From: an uncultured bacterium
GTDB lineage: Bacteria > Auribacterota > Erginobacteria > Erginobacterales > Erginobacteraceae
Reading direction: 5' to 3'
Assembly: GCA_963822585.1 (NCBI GenBank)
Contig: CAWGIE010000007.1
Coordinates: forward strand, 209,647 to 273,646
DNA length: 64,000 bases
Shown: piece by piece, positions 21,796 through 32,162 of the stretch
Layout: the number at the start of each line of letters is the position of its first letter
Position numbering within the stretch: the stretch's first letter is position 1
Made by a program: the position numbers and the translations under genes
Notes under the pieces: model-generated
Databases searched by the model: none
What the model was told of the DNA's origin: nothing
What the model saw: the letters and a program-made list of their open reading frames with translations, nothing else

Positions 21796-21847
21796 GTAGT
21801 CGCAGGCTTTAGCCTGCGCTCGGTAGCCGCCTCGATTTATCGTGGCG
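21796..21847 (+). repeat. Two GTAG-type REP-like palindromes
   Basis: GTAGTCGCAGGCTTTAGCCTGCG and GTAGCCGCCTCGATTTATCGTGGCG. Confidence 0.5.
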
Positions 21848-21926
21848 CGAGGCCATGCCATCTTCCCCTTAGAAAGGGTCAAAACCCCTATTGACTGATA
21901 TGCATATTTAATGCATATTAGTATGC

Positions 21927-22115
21927 ATGAGAACAACACTGAACATAGACGACACCCTGGTGAAAGAGGCCTCCCGCCTCACCGGCGTCAGGGAGAAAAC
22001 AGCCCTGGTCAAGATGGGGCTGGAGTCTCTCATCGCCCGGGCCGGCAGCCGGCGGCTCGCTGAACTCGGCGGGACCGAGCCGTCCCTCAAACCCGTACCC
22101 CGGCGATCCCCATAG
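21927..22115 (+). CDS. vapB: VapB-type antitoxin
   Basis: MRTTLNIDD..L; directly upstream of a PIN gene; ATGCAT palindromes in the promoter region. Confidence 0.85.
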   Translation: MRTTLNIDDTLVKEASRLTGVREKTALVKMGLESLIARAGSRRLAELGGTEPSLKPVPRRSP

Positions 22116-22117
22116 CC

Positions 22118-22477
22118 ATGGTCCTTGTCGATACATCCGTCTGGGTGTCATACCTGCGCGGCGGCAATTCACGGCTGGCGGCGTTGCTTCAAGAAGCCGA
22201 GGTCGCCTGCCACCCCTTTGTTATCGGGGAGCTGGCCTGCGGGAAGATGAAAAACAGAGGGGAAATCCTGACCTTGCTGGGAATCCTTCCCGCCACACCG
22301 GTCATTACCCAGGATGAGTTCCTTCATTTCATCCACGCCAACAAGCTTGATGGCAAGGGCCTGGGGTTCGTTGATATCCACCTCCTGGCCGCCGCTCGCC
22401 TGGCCCGGATGCCGATCTGGACGGACGACCGTAATCTCAAAGTTGCCGCCCGGCAGCTCCGGCTCGCGTACGATTGA
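22118..22477 (+). CDS. vapC: VapC PIN-domain toxin
   Basis: VLVDTSVW, GEL, VDIHLL, WTDD. Confidence 0.9.
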   Translation: MVLVDTSVWVSYLRGGNSRLAALLQEAEVACHPFVIGELACGKMKNRGEILTLLGILPATPVITQDEFLHFIHANKLDGKGLGFVDIHLLAAARLARMPIWTDDRNLKVAARQLRLAYD

Positions 22478-22520
22478 GCCGGGGAGTCGATCTTAATCCG
22501 GCAATCCGGAGCTGCAAAAT

Positions 22521-22904
22521 TTATCCGCCATACAGCAACAGAGGCAGGTGTTCGCTCATCATGGTGAAGTGCCTGTCGGCGGTCAGAAGCTGCAGATCGT
22601 TCCGGATGGCGTGCTGCACGATGATGAGATCGGGTATGCCAACCCCATTGATACCATTTCTGAGACAAGTAAGCTGCATCTGCACGATCTCGTCCCAATC
22701 AATTGAGACCGGATACCTCTTGAGTTCTCTAAGCAGCGCGACCAGACGCTTATGCCTGCCGAGGAGAAGGGGCGGAGCGAGTTCGGCCAGGATCAGATCG
22801 TTAGTGACCGCGAGGTTCTCTTCAATCAACAGATCCACGATCTCCGTCTCGCCGGTCCCCCGAAAGTAGTCGATCCAGACCGAACTGTCGATAAGAACGC
22901 TCAC
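22521..22904 (-). CDS. vapC: VapC PIN-domain toxin
   Basis: VLIDSSVWI, AEL, PDLII, TADRHF. Confidence 0.9.
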   Translation of the reverse strand: MSVLIDSSVWIDYFRGTGETEIVDLLIEENLAVTNDLILAELAPPLLLGRHKRLVALLRELKRYPVSIDWDEIVQMQLTCLRNGINGVGIPDLIIVQHAIRNDLQLLTADRHFTMMSEHLPLLLYGG

Positions 22905-23095
22905 TTCCGATCGCGCAGCGCGTTCAAATCAAGATCGAGATCGACCTTGCCTTTAAATTTCTTCAGCCCCTGGATCCGGCACCTGCGGACGAATTCCTCC
23001 AGCGCGCTGATAATCACCGAGGTTTTTGTTCTCTGATGCGAAAGCTTCATAGCTTCCTCAAGCAACGCTTCCGGCAGGTCGAGTGTCGTTCTCAC
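22901..23095 (-). CDS. vapB: VapB-type antitoxin
   Basis: MRTTLDLPEALL; 4-nt overlap with the PIN gene. Confidence 0.85.
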   Translation of the reverse strand: MRTTLDLPEALLEEAMKLSHQRTKTSVIISALEEFVRRCRIQGLKKFKGKVDLDLDLNALRDRK

Positions 23096-23425
23096 GATAG
23101 CTCCTTATGTATATATTTAACTTTCTTAGCATACTTATTACATATAATATACAATATCTATGCATACAAGCAATATTCGATTTAATTTATTGTTTCGGAA
23201 TTTTCAGCCTGAGGCTGATGCGCCTCTGGCGCACAATAATCTTATTTTTCCTCCTGAAAAATAAGAATGTGCAAGCATTGAACCGACATTGCAGGGATAT
23301 TTTAAAGAAAATTCGTGTAATTTCTCCGCCCCGCCGCGCCCCGACGTCTTAATCGGGGAAGATTTAATCGGGGGCGTAATTCGTAGTTCTATTGAGTTGC
23401 CCGAGCGCAGCGAGCTAATTTATAA

Positions 23426-24838
23426 TTATAAATCGGCCGGGCTTATCACCGCGATGCCGGGGCGGTTGAGAACGTGGGTATAGATCATGGTCGTGCTCAC
23501 GTCGCTGTGGCCCAGAAGCTCCTGCACGGTCCGGATGTCGTACCCGGCTTCGAGGAGGTGGGTGGCGAACGAGTGGCGCAGAGTGTGGCAGCTCACCCGC
23601 TTGGTCAGCCCCGCCGTCCGCGCCGCCGCCTTCACCGCCTTCTGAAGCCCGGTCGAATGAGTGTGATGGCGCCTGATCTTCCCGGAACGCGGGTCCGCCG
23701 AGAGCCGCCCGGCGGGGAAGACGTACTGCCAGCCCCACTCCCGGGAGGCGTTCTTGTACTTCCGCTCCAGGGCGGGAGGGATATAGGTCTCCCCGAATCC
23801 TTTCTCCAGGTCTTCATCGTGAGTATTTTTGACCTTTTTCAGATGTTCTTTGAGGGCCGGCTGATATTTTTCCGGCAGTATCGTTACCCGGTCCTTGTTC
23901 CCCTTCCCATCCCTGACCACGATCTGATTTTGCTCGAAGTCAACGTCCTGGACCCGGAGGCGGATGCATTCCATCAATCGTAATCCTCCCCCATAGAGGA
24001 GGCCGGCCATCAGCGAGTATGGTTCACTCAATGCTTCCATCAACCGGTCCTTCTCTTTTCTCGTCAGCACCACCGGCAGCCGCTTCGGTTTCCTCGCCGG
24101 CGCGAACTCACCGATTAAACCAAGCGGTTCCTTCAGTGCCTGGTCATAAAAGAAGACCAGCGCGTTCAGGGCCTGGCGTTGGGTGCTGAGCGAGACCTTT
24201 CTCTCGACGGCCAGGTACTCCAGATACTCTCTCACCTCTTCCGCTCCCAGTTCCCGGGGCGCTTTCAACCCGTGGAAGGAGAGAAACCGCTGAGCCCAGT
24301 TGGCATAGGTCTCCTCGGTCCGCATCGAGTAATGACGAAGCCGCAGTTCCGCCCGCAGCCGCTCGAAATCCGCTTCAAAGCGCGTCTGCGCCTCGCCGCC
24401 GACGGCTTGATCGCGGAAAGTTGTTTCCAGCACTTTTCCGGGGCATCCCCCCTTGACCGCCATCCCCGCGGCCGCTCCGGGGCCGGATTTTTGCCCGGTT
24501 TTTCGCGGAATGTTCCGGGCCCATTCCACATTTAAAAAGACCCGGTAGAGGATCCAGAGGGCGTCTCTCGCCTGCTCTACCTGCCAATCCTTAATCCCAT
24601 CTCTTCGGGCCAGATGGTCCAGGTAAGCCCGCACTTCCCCGGCGTTCCGGTTCTGCAGCGGACTCCCCCGCAGTGATTTGGCGAAATCTTCCGCCCATTT
24701 CACGTACCATTGGATCCGGGGAGCCGGAACATCCTGCCGGGCAACCACCGCCGCGTAATCGGACCAGAATTTCTTCAGGCCGCCGGCGCCGGGTCCCCGA
24801 AATTTCTGCTTGACTTTTTGCCGTTTTCCGGTATACAT
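23426..24838 (-). CDS. intI: Integron integrase (long form, 470 aa)
   Basis: Tyrosine recombinase motifs [29 protein letters not shown]; IntI-specific insert (HDEDL...ALERKY...WGWQYVFPA); divergent from the cassette array. Confidence 0.97.
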   Translation of the reverse strand: MYTGKRQKVKQKFRGPGAGGLKKFWSDYAAVVARQDVPAPRIQWYVKWAEDFAKSLRGSPLQNRNAGEVRAYLDHLARRDGIKDWQVEQARDALWILYRVFLNVEWARNIPRKTGQKSGPGAAAGMAVKGGCPGKVLETTFRDQAVGGEAQTRFEADFERLRAELRLRHYSMRTEETYANWAQRFLSFHGLKAPRELGAEEVREYLEYLAVERKVSLSTQRQALNALVFFYDQALKEPLGLIGEFAPARKPKRLPVVLTRKEKDRLMEALSEPYSLMAGLLYGGGLRLMECIRLRVQDVDFEQNQIVVRDGKGNKDRVTILPEKYQPALKEHLKKVKNTHDEDLEKGFGETYIPPALERKYKNASREWGWQYVFPAGRLSADPRSGKIRRHHTHSTGLQKAVKAAARTAGLTKRVSCHTLRHSFATHLLEAGYDIRTVQELLGHSDVSTTMIYTHVLNRPGIAVISPADL

Positions 24839-24959
24839 GGGATAGTGGTATTCCTCTTTATATACGATGCTTTCATCAATCTAAATATCGATTATGTGTC
24901 ATAATATACCAGTATGTCTATTCTGTCTATTACAATATTGGGGCATTCTGCATTTTTCC

Positions 24960-24992
24960 AATATTAAACCTTCAACCTAATATCTGTTAGAA
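24960..24992 (+). other. attI site
   Basis: AACCTAA-TATCT-GTTAGAA; identity to the duplicate cassette at 43840 begins exactly at GTT 24986; left boundary approximate. Confidence 0.8.
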
Positions 24993-24993
24993 A

Positions 24994-25350
24994 ATGAATG
25001 AGAAGATCATTCGATACATATTATCCGGAATAATTTCCGGGATTTTCTTTTTACTCGCCTTTCTTACAAAGCAAGTTTGGGTTTGCGGTTGGGGATTCAT
25101 TTTCTTTCATTGGTTTATGAATCCACATAATCTAACAAAGAAAATCAAAATTCCGCGACTGCATACTAAAGATATTCCCGCTCTCATCGCGTTCCTCCTT
25201 TTCATTGTCGCCTTCATAATATTCACAGACTCAATCAAAGATTTGGAGGTTTTCAAAACTGCATCAACAAACTGGAAGGTCCTTTTATTACTGTGGTTAA
25301 CACTAATGGTGTTTAAACTAAAAGTTTTTTTTCCAGAAAAAGAACAATAA
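24994..25350 (+). CDS. Cassette 1: membrane protein (identical to 43848-44204)
   Basis: Hydrophobic 118 aa ORF between attI and attC. Confidence 0.8.
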   Translation: MNEKIIRYILSGIISGIFFLLAFLTKQVWVCGWGFIFFHWFMNPHNLTKKIKIPRLHTKDIPALIAFLLFIVAFIIFTDSIKDLEVFKTASTNWKVLLLLWLTLMVFKLKVFFPEKEQ

Positions 25351-25352
25351 TT

Positions 25353-25424
25353 TTCTAACCATGCGCTCCACCCGACTTTTGACCGCCATGCGGCGGCCAA
25401 AAGCGGGTGAGCTCTACGTTAGGA
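25353..25424 (+). repeat. attC (short type)
   Basis: TTCTAAC...GCTCCAC...GTGAGC...GTTAGGA. Confidence 0.9.
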
Positions 25425-25440
25425 AGTAAACAACCTAAGA

Positions 25441-26232
25441 TTGGTGAAAATCAAATCAAAAGGAATAATTGTTATTATTGTAGTGTGTATTCTAATTTTC
25501 TCTTATTTATGGATAAGCCACGAATTTCATAAAAAGCAGTTGAAAACAAGATTACTTGAAACAGCTTTCAAAGAATTTGAGTTAAATGAATCGTTTGCGG
25601 GAGATGATGATCTTAATGATTTTTCTGATGTATTAAAAAGCTGGAAAAAAGCTACTGGTTACGAGCTAATATCGTTCAAAGGAACCATCAATTCCGAAAT
25701 TATAAAAAATCACACCATTTTTATACTGCAAGATAATTCTACAGACCTCGGAGGAAGAAGATGTGCATTAGCTTATTCGCCAGAAGATAATCATATTTTC
25801 AGTTTGGTGACTCAATATTCTTCTGGGTCCCAGAATAGAGAAGACTGGCTAATACTTAATAATGTTCAACACCTAATTAAATCTGAAACGAAGTCTAAAG
25901 TGACTGAACCAATTGCACGGGAAATAGTAGATCTTTTTCTAAAATTATATGATATCGACAGAAATTTTAAATTATTGAAAGATTCTCAAGATATCGAATT
26001 GCCCAAAGATGATTTTGGAGAAAATATTCCTATTCCCAGTGATATCCAGCAAACAATTCGACCTCTTGAAGTTGAAGCAGTAAATGACAAATATATTTTG
26101 ACTTTTTTCACTTGGGGAGGCCCTGAAGGAATTCTAAAAGAATGGAAGTTTATTGTGGAGAAAGACGGTACTATCAATTTCGAAATCATTTCCAGTAGAA
26201 AAGAGATCGGTCGAACATATTACACTTGGTAG
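25441..26232 (+). CDS. Cassette: membrane-anchored hypothetical protein
   Basis: N-terminal TM segment; fills the cassette. Confidence 0.75.
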   Translation: MVKIKSKGIIVIIVVCILIFSYLWISHEFHKKQLKTRLLETAFKEFELNESFAGDDDLNDFSDVLKSWKKATGYELISFKGTINSEIIKNHTIFILQDNSTDLGGRRCALAYSPEDNHIFSLVTQYSSGSQNREDWLILNNVQHLIKSETKSKVTEPIAREIVDLFLKLYDIDRNFKLLKDSQDIELPKDDFGENIPIPSDIQQTIRPLEVEAVNDKYILTFFTWGGPEGILKEWKFIVEKDGTINFEIISSRKEIGRTYYTW

Positions 26233-26261
26233 CTTCCAAGTTATTTCTTCATTCAAAAACT

Positions 26262-26391
26262 TCCTAACAAACCGCTCAAGCAGACCGGAAGGGCTTATGC
26301 TACTGTCGAACATTTTTAACTTCGCCGAAGTTTCTCGGGGTAGCATAGTTTCTTGGTCGGCCCCTTCCGGCCGCTTAGCTCTACGTTATGT
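26262..26391 (+). repeat. attC (long ~130 bp type)
   Basis: TCCTAAC...GCTCAAGCAGACCGGAAGGG...CCCTTCCGGCCGCTTAGC...GTTATGT. Confidence 0.9.
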
Positions 26392-26957
26392 TACAAGCAC
26401 AAATAAAGACGATAACTCCTGGTTCATATCCAATTGAGACATGGCAGGGCATTGCGTTGCTAATAGCATTTATCGCCATTATTATTCTTTTCCTAGCCTA
26501 TCTCAAATATAGACATTTTGCTTATAGCTTAGATTCAGAATTGCTAAATTCTGGGGTTCAACTGTTCAACCGCAACATTATTTGGAAGGGCGGATTTGAG
26601 AACTTGGTGTCATTTCTTGGGAAATATCGATTATCTGGAAGGCTAATTAATAATGAAGCTTCTCTATTTAGGCCCGTTAAATCATTTTTTCGTCTTAATC
26701 ATCTCAGCATCTATTGGTTACAGGTTTGCCAAAATCCCGAATCAAAACATATTCAGCTAAGTTTAAGAACATCTGTTATCCCCTGGTTCATCTACATAGC
26801 AATTATTTTATTATGGCTAATACTAAGTTATCGAATGCCAATAGGAATGAAGGCAGTGGTCTTTTTAATATTAATTCCAGATATTATTGCGTTTTTCATA
26901 ATGAGGAAGAATTGCTTAAATTTAGTATCTTCATTTGAACAAAAACTAACAACATAA
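26388..26957 (+). CDS. Cassette: membrane protein
   Basis: Three hydrophobic segments; ATG inside R', stop inside R''. Confidence 0.75.
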   Translation: MLQAQIKTITPGSYPIETWQGIALLIAFIAIIILFLAYLKYRHFAYSLDSELLNSGVQLFNRNIIWKGGFENLVSFLGKYRLSGRLINNEASLFRPVKSFFRLNHLSIYWLQVCQNPESKHIQLSLRTSVIPWFIYIAIILLWLILSYRMPIGMKAVVFLILIPDIIAFFIMRKNCLNLVSSFEQKLTT

Positions 26958-27080
26958 CGAGTCGCTCAAGCAGACCGGAAGGGCTAATGCTACTGCCGAA
27001 CATTTTATCTTTGCCGGGGGTTTCCGGGGTATCAAGGTTTTTCAGTCGGTCCCTTCCGGCAGCTTAGCTCTACGTTATCC
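26952..27080 (+). repeat. attC (long type)
   Basis: ACATAAC...GTTATCC. Confidence 0.9.
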
Positions 27081-28007
27081 ATGATGAAAAATATCTCAAT
27101 CTTCATCCTATTAGGATTACTATCAATTTCCTGTTCTCCTCCATCGCATCATGATGTAATTCAATGGGAGAGAGCACACAACGAGGGACAATCACTTTTT
27201 CAAAAGGGAGATTACAAATCCGCGATACGTAAAGCAACCAAGGCACTGGATATAGCAGAAAATCTCAGTGTTCCCAGAGAGATGTATGTTGTGAACTCCC
27301 TTAATAGTCTTGCTCAATATTTGCGCTATTATGGAGAATATGACAGGGCTATTCCTCTTTATAAAAGGGCTCTTGCTATCATAAAAAAATTTACCCCCAA
27401 TAACAGACTATCAATAGCAACAATCCTTCATGGACTTGGTGCAACATATTATAGCCTAAAAGACTATGATCAGGCGGAACCAATTCTTGAAGAAGCACTG
27501 GCAATTCGCGAAGAGGAAGGTGGGCCAAGTTATTTTACTATTCATTATCTTGCCCATCTCAATTATCGGAAAGGAAATCTTTCTCAAGCAGAAAATTTAT
27601 ATAAAAAATCGTTAGAACTGAGAGAAGATAAATTTGGCCCGCAACATGCATATATCATTCCTTCGTTAAATGGCCTGGCGAAGGTGTATGGGAAACAAGG
27701 GAAGTATGAAAAGGCCAAAGCTCTATATGAGCGAGCTTTAATAATCAGTAAACGTTTTGATCCAGAACATCCTCAACTCGCATCTACATTAGCTGGATTG
27801 GCGAAAATAAATAAGGCACAAAAAGAATATACAGAGGCTGAAAAACTGTACTTGAGATCATTACAAATATTTGAGAATAAATTAAGTAATCACCATCCTG
27901 TTATTATTAAAATATACCAAGATTTAATTGATTTATATGAATTAACCGATCAGAACGATAAAGCGACTTTTTATAAATCACGTCTGAATAAACTCGAAAC
28001 AAACTAA
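27081..28007 (+). CDS. Cassette: TPR lipoprotein (kinesin-light-chain-like repeats)
   Basis: LLSISC lipobox; repeated SLN.LA..Y...G.Y..A..LY.RAL.I. Confidence 0.85.
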   Translation: MMKNISIFILLGLLSISCSPPSHHDVIQWERAHNEGQSLFQKGDYKSAIRKATKALDIAENLSVPREMYVVNSLNSLAQYLRYYGEYDRAIPLYKRALAIIKKFTPNNRLSIATILHGLGATYYSLKDYDQAEPILEEALAIREEEGGPSYFTIHYLAHLNYRKGNLSQAENLYKKSLELREDKFGPQHAYIIPSLNGLAKVYGKQGKYEKAKALYERALIISKRFDPEHPQLASTLAGLAKINKAQKEYTEAEKLYLRSLQIFENKLSNHHPVIIKIYQDLIDLYELTDQNDKATFYKSRLNKLETN

Positions 28008-28020
28008 TATCAAAAGAAAT

Positions 28021-28092
28021 GGATAACCATTCGCTTCACCCGACTTTTGACCGCCTTGCGGCGGCCAAAGGCGGGTGAGCTCCCCGTTAGCA
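28021..28092 (+). repeat. attC (short type)
   Basis: GGATAAC...GTTAGCA. Confidence 0.9.
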
Positions 28093-28093
28093 T

Positions 28094-28813
28094 ATGAAGA
28101 CAAGTTTAATAATCATTTGGAGGATTTACTTTTGGTTTATCCTTGCATTTGTTTTATTAATCACAATCTATTCCCTGCCAGTGAACTTCCTTGGCTGGAT
28201 ATCCAAGGCTATTCTCACTGTTTCGCTAGTGGGACTATTTATGTTCGTATATCAGAAGCCATTTCTGTCAAATATGTTTTGGAAATTATGGTTTTGCTTG
28301 CATATGCTCAGAGAAGTATATGAAATTTATTTTAATATCATACTGAAGCATAAAGGTTCATATAAGGAACTCATCATAGGAATAATTATTGCATTGCCAA
28401 CTTATCTTGGATTGTTTCTTTATGGTTTTCGCTCAACAGAGATATGGGCAAAATATTCAGACCACTCAAGTTGGTCTAAGCCAGAAGTGGAAGCTCAGAA
28501 AGCTAATTTTCTCGTTAGGCCAATACTGGAAAAACATTTATCCATCATGCTCATCGCTAGCCTTGCTATATTATTGTTGGTAAAAATATATGCTGGGTCG
28601 GAAATAATATTTAATTCTTCAAATATACTAAATCTCTTGGGCATAGCCATATTTTCAACGATCTCACCAGTATTAATAACATGTATTCCCGCAGGGATAT
28701 ATTGGTTGTCAAAAAGAAAGCTTATGCCAGCCTTTTATCCCATTATTTGGATTTCATGGATCACTATTCTATATTTTTATTCTGTGAGTCAGATAAACAA
28801 AGTAATACTTTAA
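28094..28813 (+). CDS. Cassette: polytopic membrane protein
   Basis: About seven hydrophobic segments. Confidence 0.75.
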   Translation: MKTSLIIIWRIYFWFILAFVLLITIYSLPVNFLGWISKAILTVSLVGLFMFVYQKPFLSNMFWKLWFCLHMLREVYEIYFNIILKHKGSYKELIIGIIIALPTYLGLFLYGFRSTEIWAKYSDHSSWSKPEVEAQKANFLVRPILEKHLSIMLIASLAILLLVKIYAGSEIIFNSSNILNLLGIAIFSTISPVLITCIPAGIYWLSKRKLMPAFYPIIWISWITILYFYSVSQINKVIL

Positions 28814-28907
28814 TATCTATTTTTGCCGCGTAATATACACTTTCGATTTTCCCATAATAATTCTTATTAAAAATTGTAAAAAAGAAGAATATCGGACTAC
28901 TAATTTT

Positions 28908-29037
28908 TGCTAACCAGTCGCTCAAGCAGACCGGAAGGGCGAATGCAACTGTTGAACATTTTTAGCTTCGCCGGAGTTTTTCGGGGTAGCAGGGTTTTTG
29001 GGTCTGCCCCTTCCGGCCGCTTAGCTTTTCGTTATGC
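28908..29037 (+). repeat. attC (long type)
   Basis: TGCTAAC...GTTATGC. Confidence 0.9.
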
Positions 29038-29528
29038 AATCATTAAAAATTAGTTTTATTTATATAATCCCAGTAATTATCGGTCATCTTTCCTGTCTTA
29101 CTGCGACTTCTTGTTGCGTAAGGCATCAGAATATAGACGGCTTAGTATTCATCTATAATTCTCAGAAATATCCTGAAGATATCGTTTTTGGCTCCATGGA
29201 ATTTACTTCCCGAGAAGAAATCAGGGGATCTCATCAATGTTCTCAAAATTTACAAGTTCTTTTGAAACCAGGTGATGTAATAGGCTATCGATCATACAAG
29301 GAAGGTAAATTGCTTGAGGAGCTAATTGGAACTGTTGATAAAAATAGAGATATAAATTTTAACAATATGGCTATGGCTCAAATAGATCATTTCAATATTT
29401 TTGATGCCTTTGTAGAATTGAAAATATACTTCTGCGATAAATATCCAGGCATTTGCGAAGATAGGTGGAGAGCCAGTGATCAACCATTTTCCATATTTAT
29501 TAATGAAGAATCATATGAAATACCTTAA
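29034..29528 (+). CDS. Cassette: hypothetical exported protein
   Basis: Fills the cassette; hydrophobic N-terminus. Confidence 0.7.
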   Translation: MQSLKISFIYIIPVIIGHLSCLTATSCCVRHQNIDGLVFIYNSQKYPEDIVFGSMEFTSREEIRGSHQCSQNLQVLLKPGDVIGYRSYKEGKLLEELIGTVDKNRDINFNNMAMAQIDHFNIFDAFVELKIYFCDKYPGICEDRWRASDQPFSIFINEESYEIP

Positions 29529-29541
29529 AAATTCCAGTATG

Positions 29542-29613
29542 GCATAACCAGGCGCTCCACTCGACTTTTACCCGCCGTGCGGCGGGTAAAAGCGGGTGAG
29601 CTCATCGTTAGCT
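29542..29613 (+). repeat. attC (short type)
   Basis: GCATAAC...GTTAGCT. Confidence 0.9.
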
Positions 29614-29644
29614 ACTTCTTAATCAAACACATTGTATATAACAA

Positions 29645-30241
29645 ATGATTACCCAATTAAAAAACATACTGATTATTCAATCAATCTTGTTCTTTGTGTG
29701 CTCAACCTCATCGCAAGCAAGGCTTTTAAGAGACTGGGATGAGGTCGACTCGAAAGCTTATAACTTTATAGAAAGCAAGCAATACTCCGAGGGGATTAAG
29801 TTTGCTGAAGAAGCTTTACAAAACGCCGTAGAGAATTATGGCCCCAAACATCTTTCTGTTGCAAAGGCTCTATATTGGATGGCTTGCTTTTATAAAGAAC
29901 AAGGAAATTGTTTAAAAGCAGAGTCTTTGTTTAAAAATTCACTTGCTATTTGCGAACAATATCTAGAATCAGATCCAGATTCACATATTCCTCTTATATA
30001 TAGTCACGTCTATGATTTTTCTCTTCTTTCTCTGTGCGATATTTATAAATCTACAAATGAGTTTACTAAAGCAGAAGCCGTTCTGAGACGATATATAGAA
30101 ATGCATGGGGGGCTGGAAAACAATTCCCAAGAGCTATTTTTAAAAGAACTAGCAGAACTCTATAAAATATTGGGTTGGGAAAAAAATATGCTTGTAGTTG
30201 AAGAACGGATAAAAGAAATTCAATTACAAGATAAGAAATAA
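29645..30241 (+). CDS. Cassette: secreted TPR-like protein
   Basis: Signal-like N-terminus; GPKHLSVAKAL...AESLFKNSLAI. Confidence 0.75.
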   Translation: MITQLKNILIIQSILFFVCSTSSQARLLRDWDEVDSKAYNFIESKQYSEGIKFAEEALQNAVENYGPKHLSVAKALYWMACFYKEQGNCLKAESLFKNSLAICEQYLESDPDSHIPLIYSHVYDFSLLSLCDIYKSTNEFTKAEAVLRRYIEMHGGLENNSQELFLKELAELYKILGWEKNMLVVEERIKEIQLQDKK

Positions 30242-30279
30242 CAATCTGTCATTTTCATAATACTAACTATCAGTAGCTA

Positions 30280-32156
30280 GACCTTACTCGAAAAGCTACT
30301 TTCAAGAAACAGCAAACCGAAGAATAATAGCATAATCGGGGGAGAAAAGGCATAGTAAAAATGCCGCAATGTGCTACAATTAGCCAACTACCGCAAAATA
30401 GGAGGCTGAATATGCAAGCACACGCGGCACATCATAATCTACCATCTCCCCACCTCCAGGGCAACCTATTTTTGCCGGTTCCCGACAGCGATTTCAGCGC
30501 TTTTCTGCAACAAAGCGAAGAATTAGTCAGATTTGCCCCTGAAATCCTGGCTGAAATCGATCGGGATTTGGATCAACGCGGGATAGGAAAGAAAATAAAG
30601 CGTTTTGCAGATAAACGGCATATGGAGGAGTTGACATCCGAATTGTCTGGCATACGGTTGGATGATTACAGTGTCAACGATTATGAGTACCAGCTTGAAG
30701 TAGGCCACCCCCGGATGCCGGCTTACCTGGTGTATATATTTTTGCAGATACGGGGCTATCTGGGTTCGGCAACCAACAGGGAGGCGGTAACCTTTATTCT
30801 GGAATCAATGTCGCTATATTCTTTCCTGCAGAGTCGAGGTTATAAGATGCCGGCACCAAACACGATCCTGGAGAACACCAATGCGGTTACGAACCGGACC
30901 CGGGAGTTGATCCTGGAAAAGCAGATTGCCTTGATCCGGGAAGAAGGACTGGATGATTTTATAAAGACGACTTTCGATTCGACTCAGGTGGAGGCGAACT
31001 CCGCCTGGCCCACCGACTCAAGGATCTTGACGGGTTTGGTAACGCGAGCGCACAAGTTGGGCCAGTTGCTGGAGAATTTTCAACTGCCGAATTTTTCGGT
31101 GTGGTGGATGCGGCAATGGCTGAAAAAGATGCGGAGATTGGATCTGGAGATTAATCTGGCGTCAACCAAGTCCCGAATGAAAAACCGGAGAAAGAAGATA
31201 CGGCAGTATTATCGTCGTCTGTTCGGTTTTGGCCGCCAGGCAATTGCTTATCTGGACGAGGAGTTGACGAAGTTGGAGGACACCTACCAGCCGTACGATT
31301 TTATCCTTCCCAGCCAGAGGCAGAGGCTGGAAAATTTATTGCAACAAATCCGTGAAGATATCGAGGATGCCGGGCGAGTGGTCGCCTATGCCGAAGAGCG
31401 TGTCTTCGCAGGCAAAGTCGTAAGTTCTCGGGATAAGATATTGAGTTTAGCGGATAAATCGGCGGCTTATATCGAGAAGGGCGGCCGGGAAGCAGTGATC
31501 GGTTACAAGCCGCAGATTGCCAGGAGCGGGGAGGGATTTATTGTTGGACTGATCGTCAGGGAGGGGAATCCAGCAGACAAGTCTGAGTTATTGCCTTTGT
31601 TTGACGAGGTGGTCGGACGGACGGGGATAGTCCCGGAGGTGGTCAGTGCGGATGACGGTTATGCGTTTGGGGATGCCCGGGACACTATCCTTGAGCGGGG
31701 AGTGAAGGTAATGAGTTTGAGCGGATCGCGGGGGAAGAGAATAATCGGGGATAGAGATTGGGAGAGCGATGGATACCGGGAAGCCCGACGGATGCGATCG
31801 GCAGTTGAATCCCTGATGTTCGTCTTGAAGCACTGTTTTGAATTTGGACGTTTGGGCCGGCGGGGTCTGGAGGCGGTGCGCGCGGAGTTGCTGGAGAAGG
31901 CCATAGCCTACAATACCTGCCGGATTACATATTTGAAGAGGAGGGCAGAACAAGAGATTGTAAGTCAGGCCGCTTAAACAGCGGCCGCAAATAATTGTCA
32001 GAGAGAAAACACGGGAGGAGTGTTTCCGCGCTCAGTCCGGAAGAAGCAAATGGGCGATAAATCAGGCAGCAGATAGCACAGAAAACGCAAAATTCGGTGC
32101 TCTTGCCGGTTGAGGGAGAACAAGGGGGTGTGGCGGGGGGCTTTTCGAGTAAGGTC
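30280..32156 (+). mobile_element. IS5/ISNCY-like IS, copy 1 (1877 bp)
   Basis: 17-bp terminal IR GACCTTACTCGAAAAGC; TAGCTA on both flanks. Confidence 0.9.
30361..31977 (+). CDS. DDE transposase, copy 1
   Basis: FDSTQVEAN..WPTD, ADDGY, RSAVES; start may be the later ATG (MQAH). Confidence 0.9.
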   Translation: MPQCATISQLPQNRRLNMQAHAAHHNLPSPHLQGNLFLPVPDSDFSAFLQQSEELVRFAPEILAEIDRDLDQRGIGKKIKRFADKRHMEELTSELSGIRLDDYSVNDYEYQLEVGHPRMPAYLVYIFLQIRGYLGSATNREAVTFILESMSLYSFLQSRGYKMPAPNTILENTNAVTNRTRELILEKQIALIREEGLDDFIKTTFDSTQVEANSAWPTDSRILTGLVTRAHKLGQLLENFQLPNFSVWWMRQWLKKMRRLDLEINLASTKSRMKNRRKKIRQYYRRLFGFGRQAIAYLDEELTKLEDTYQPYDFILPSQRQRLENLLQQIREDIEDAGRVVAYAEERVFAGKVVSSRDKILSLADKSAAYIEKGGREAVIGYKPQIARSGEGFIVGLIVREGNPADKSELLPLFDEVVGRTGIVPEVVSADDGYAFGDARDTILERGVKVMSLSGSRGKRIIGDRDWESDGYREARRMRSAVESLMFVLKHCFEFGRLGRRGLEAVRAELLEKAIAYNTCRITYLKRRAEQEIVSQAA

Positions 32157-32162
32157 TAGCTA

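Noticed and set aside
24839..24985. LexA box or Pc promoter between intI and attI
   Set aside because: No convincing CTGT-N8-ACAG or clear -35/-10 pair; only an AATATTGG/CCAATATT inverted repeat of unknown meaning.
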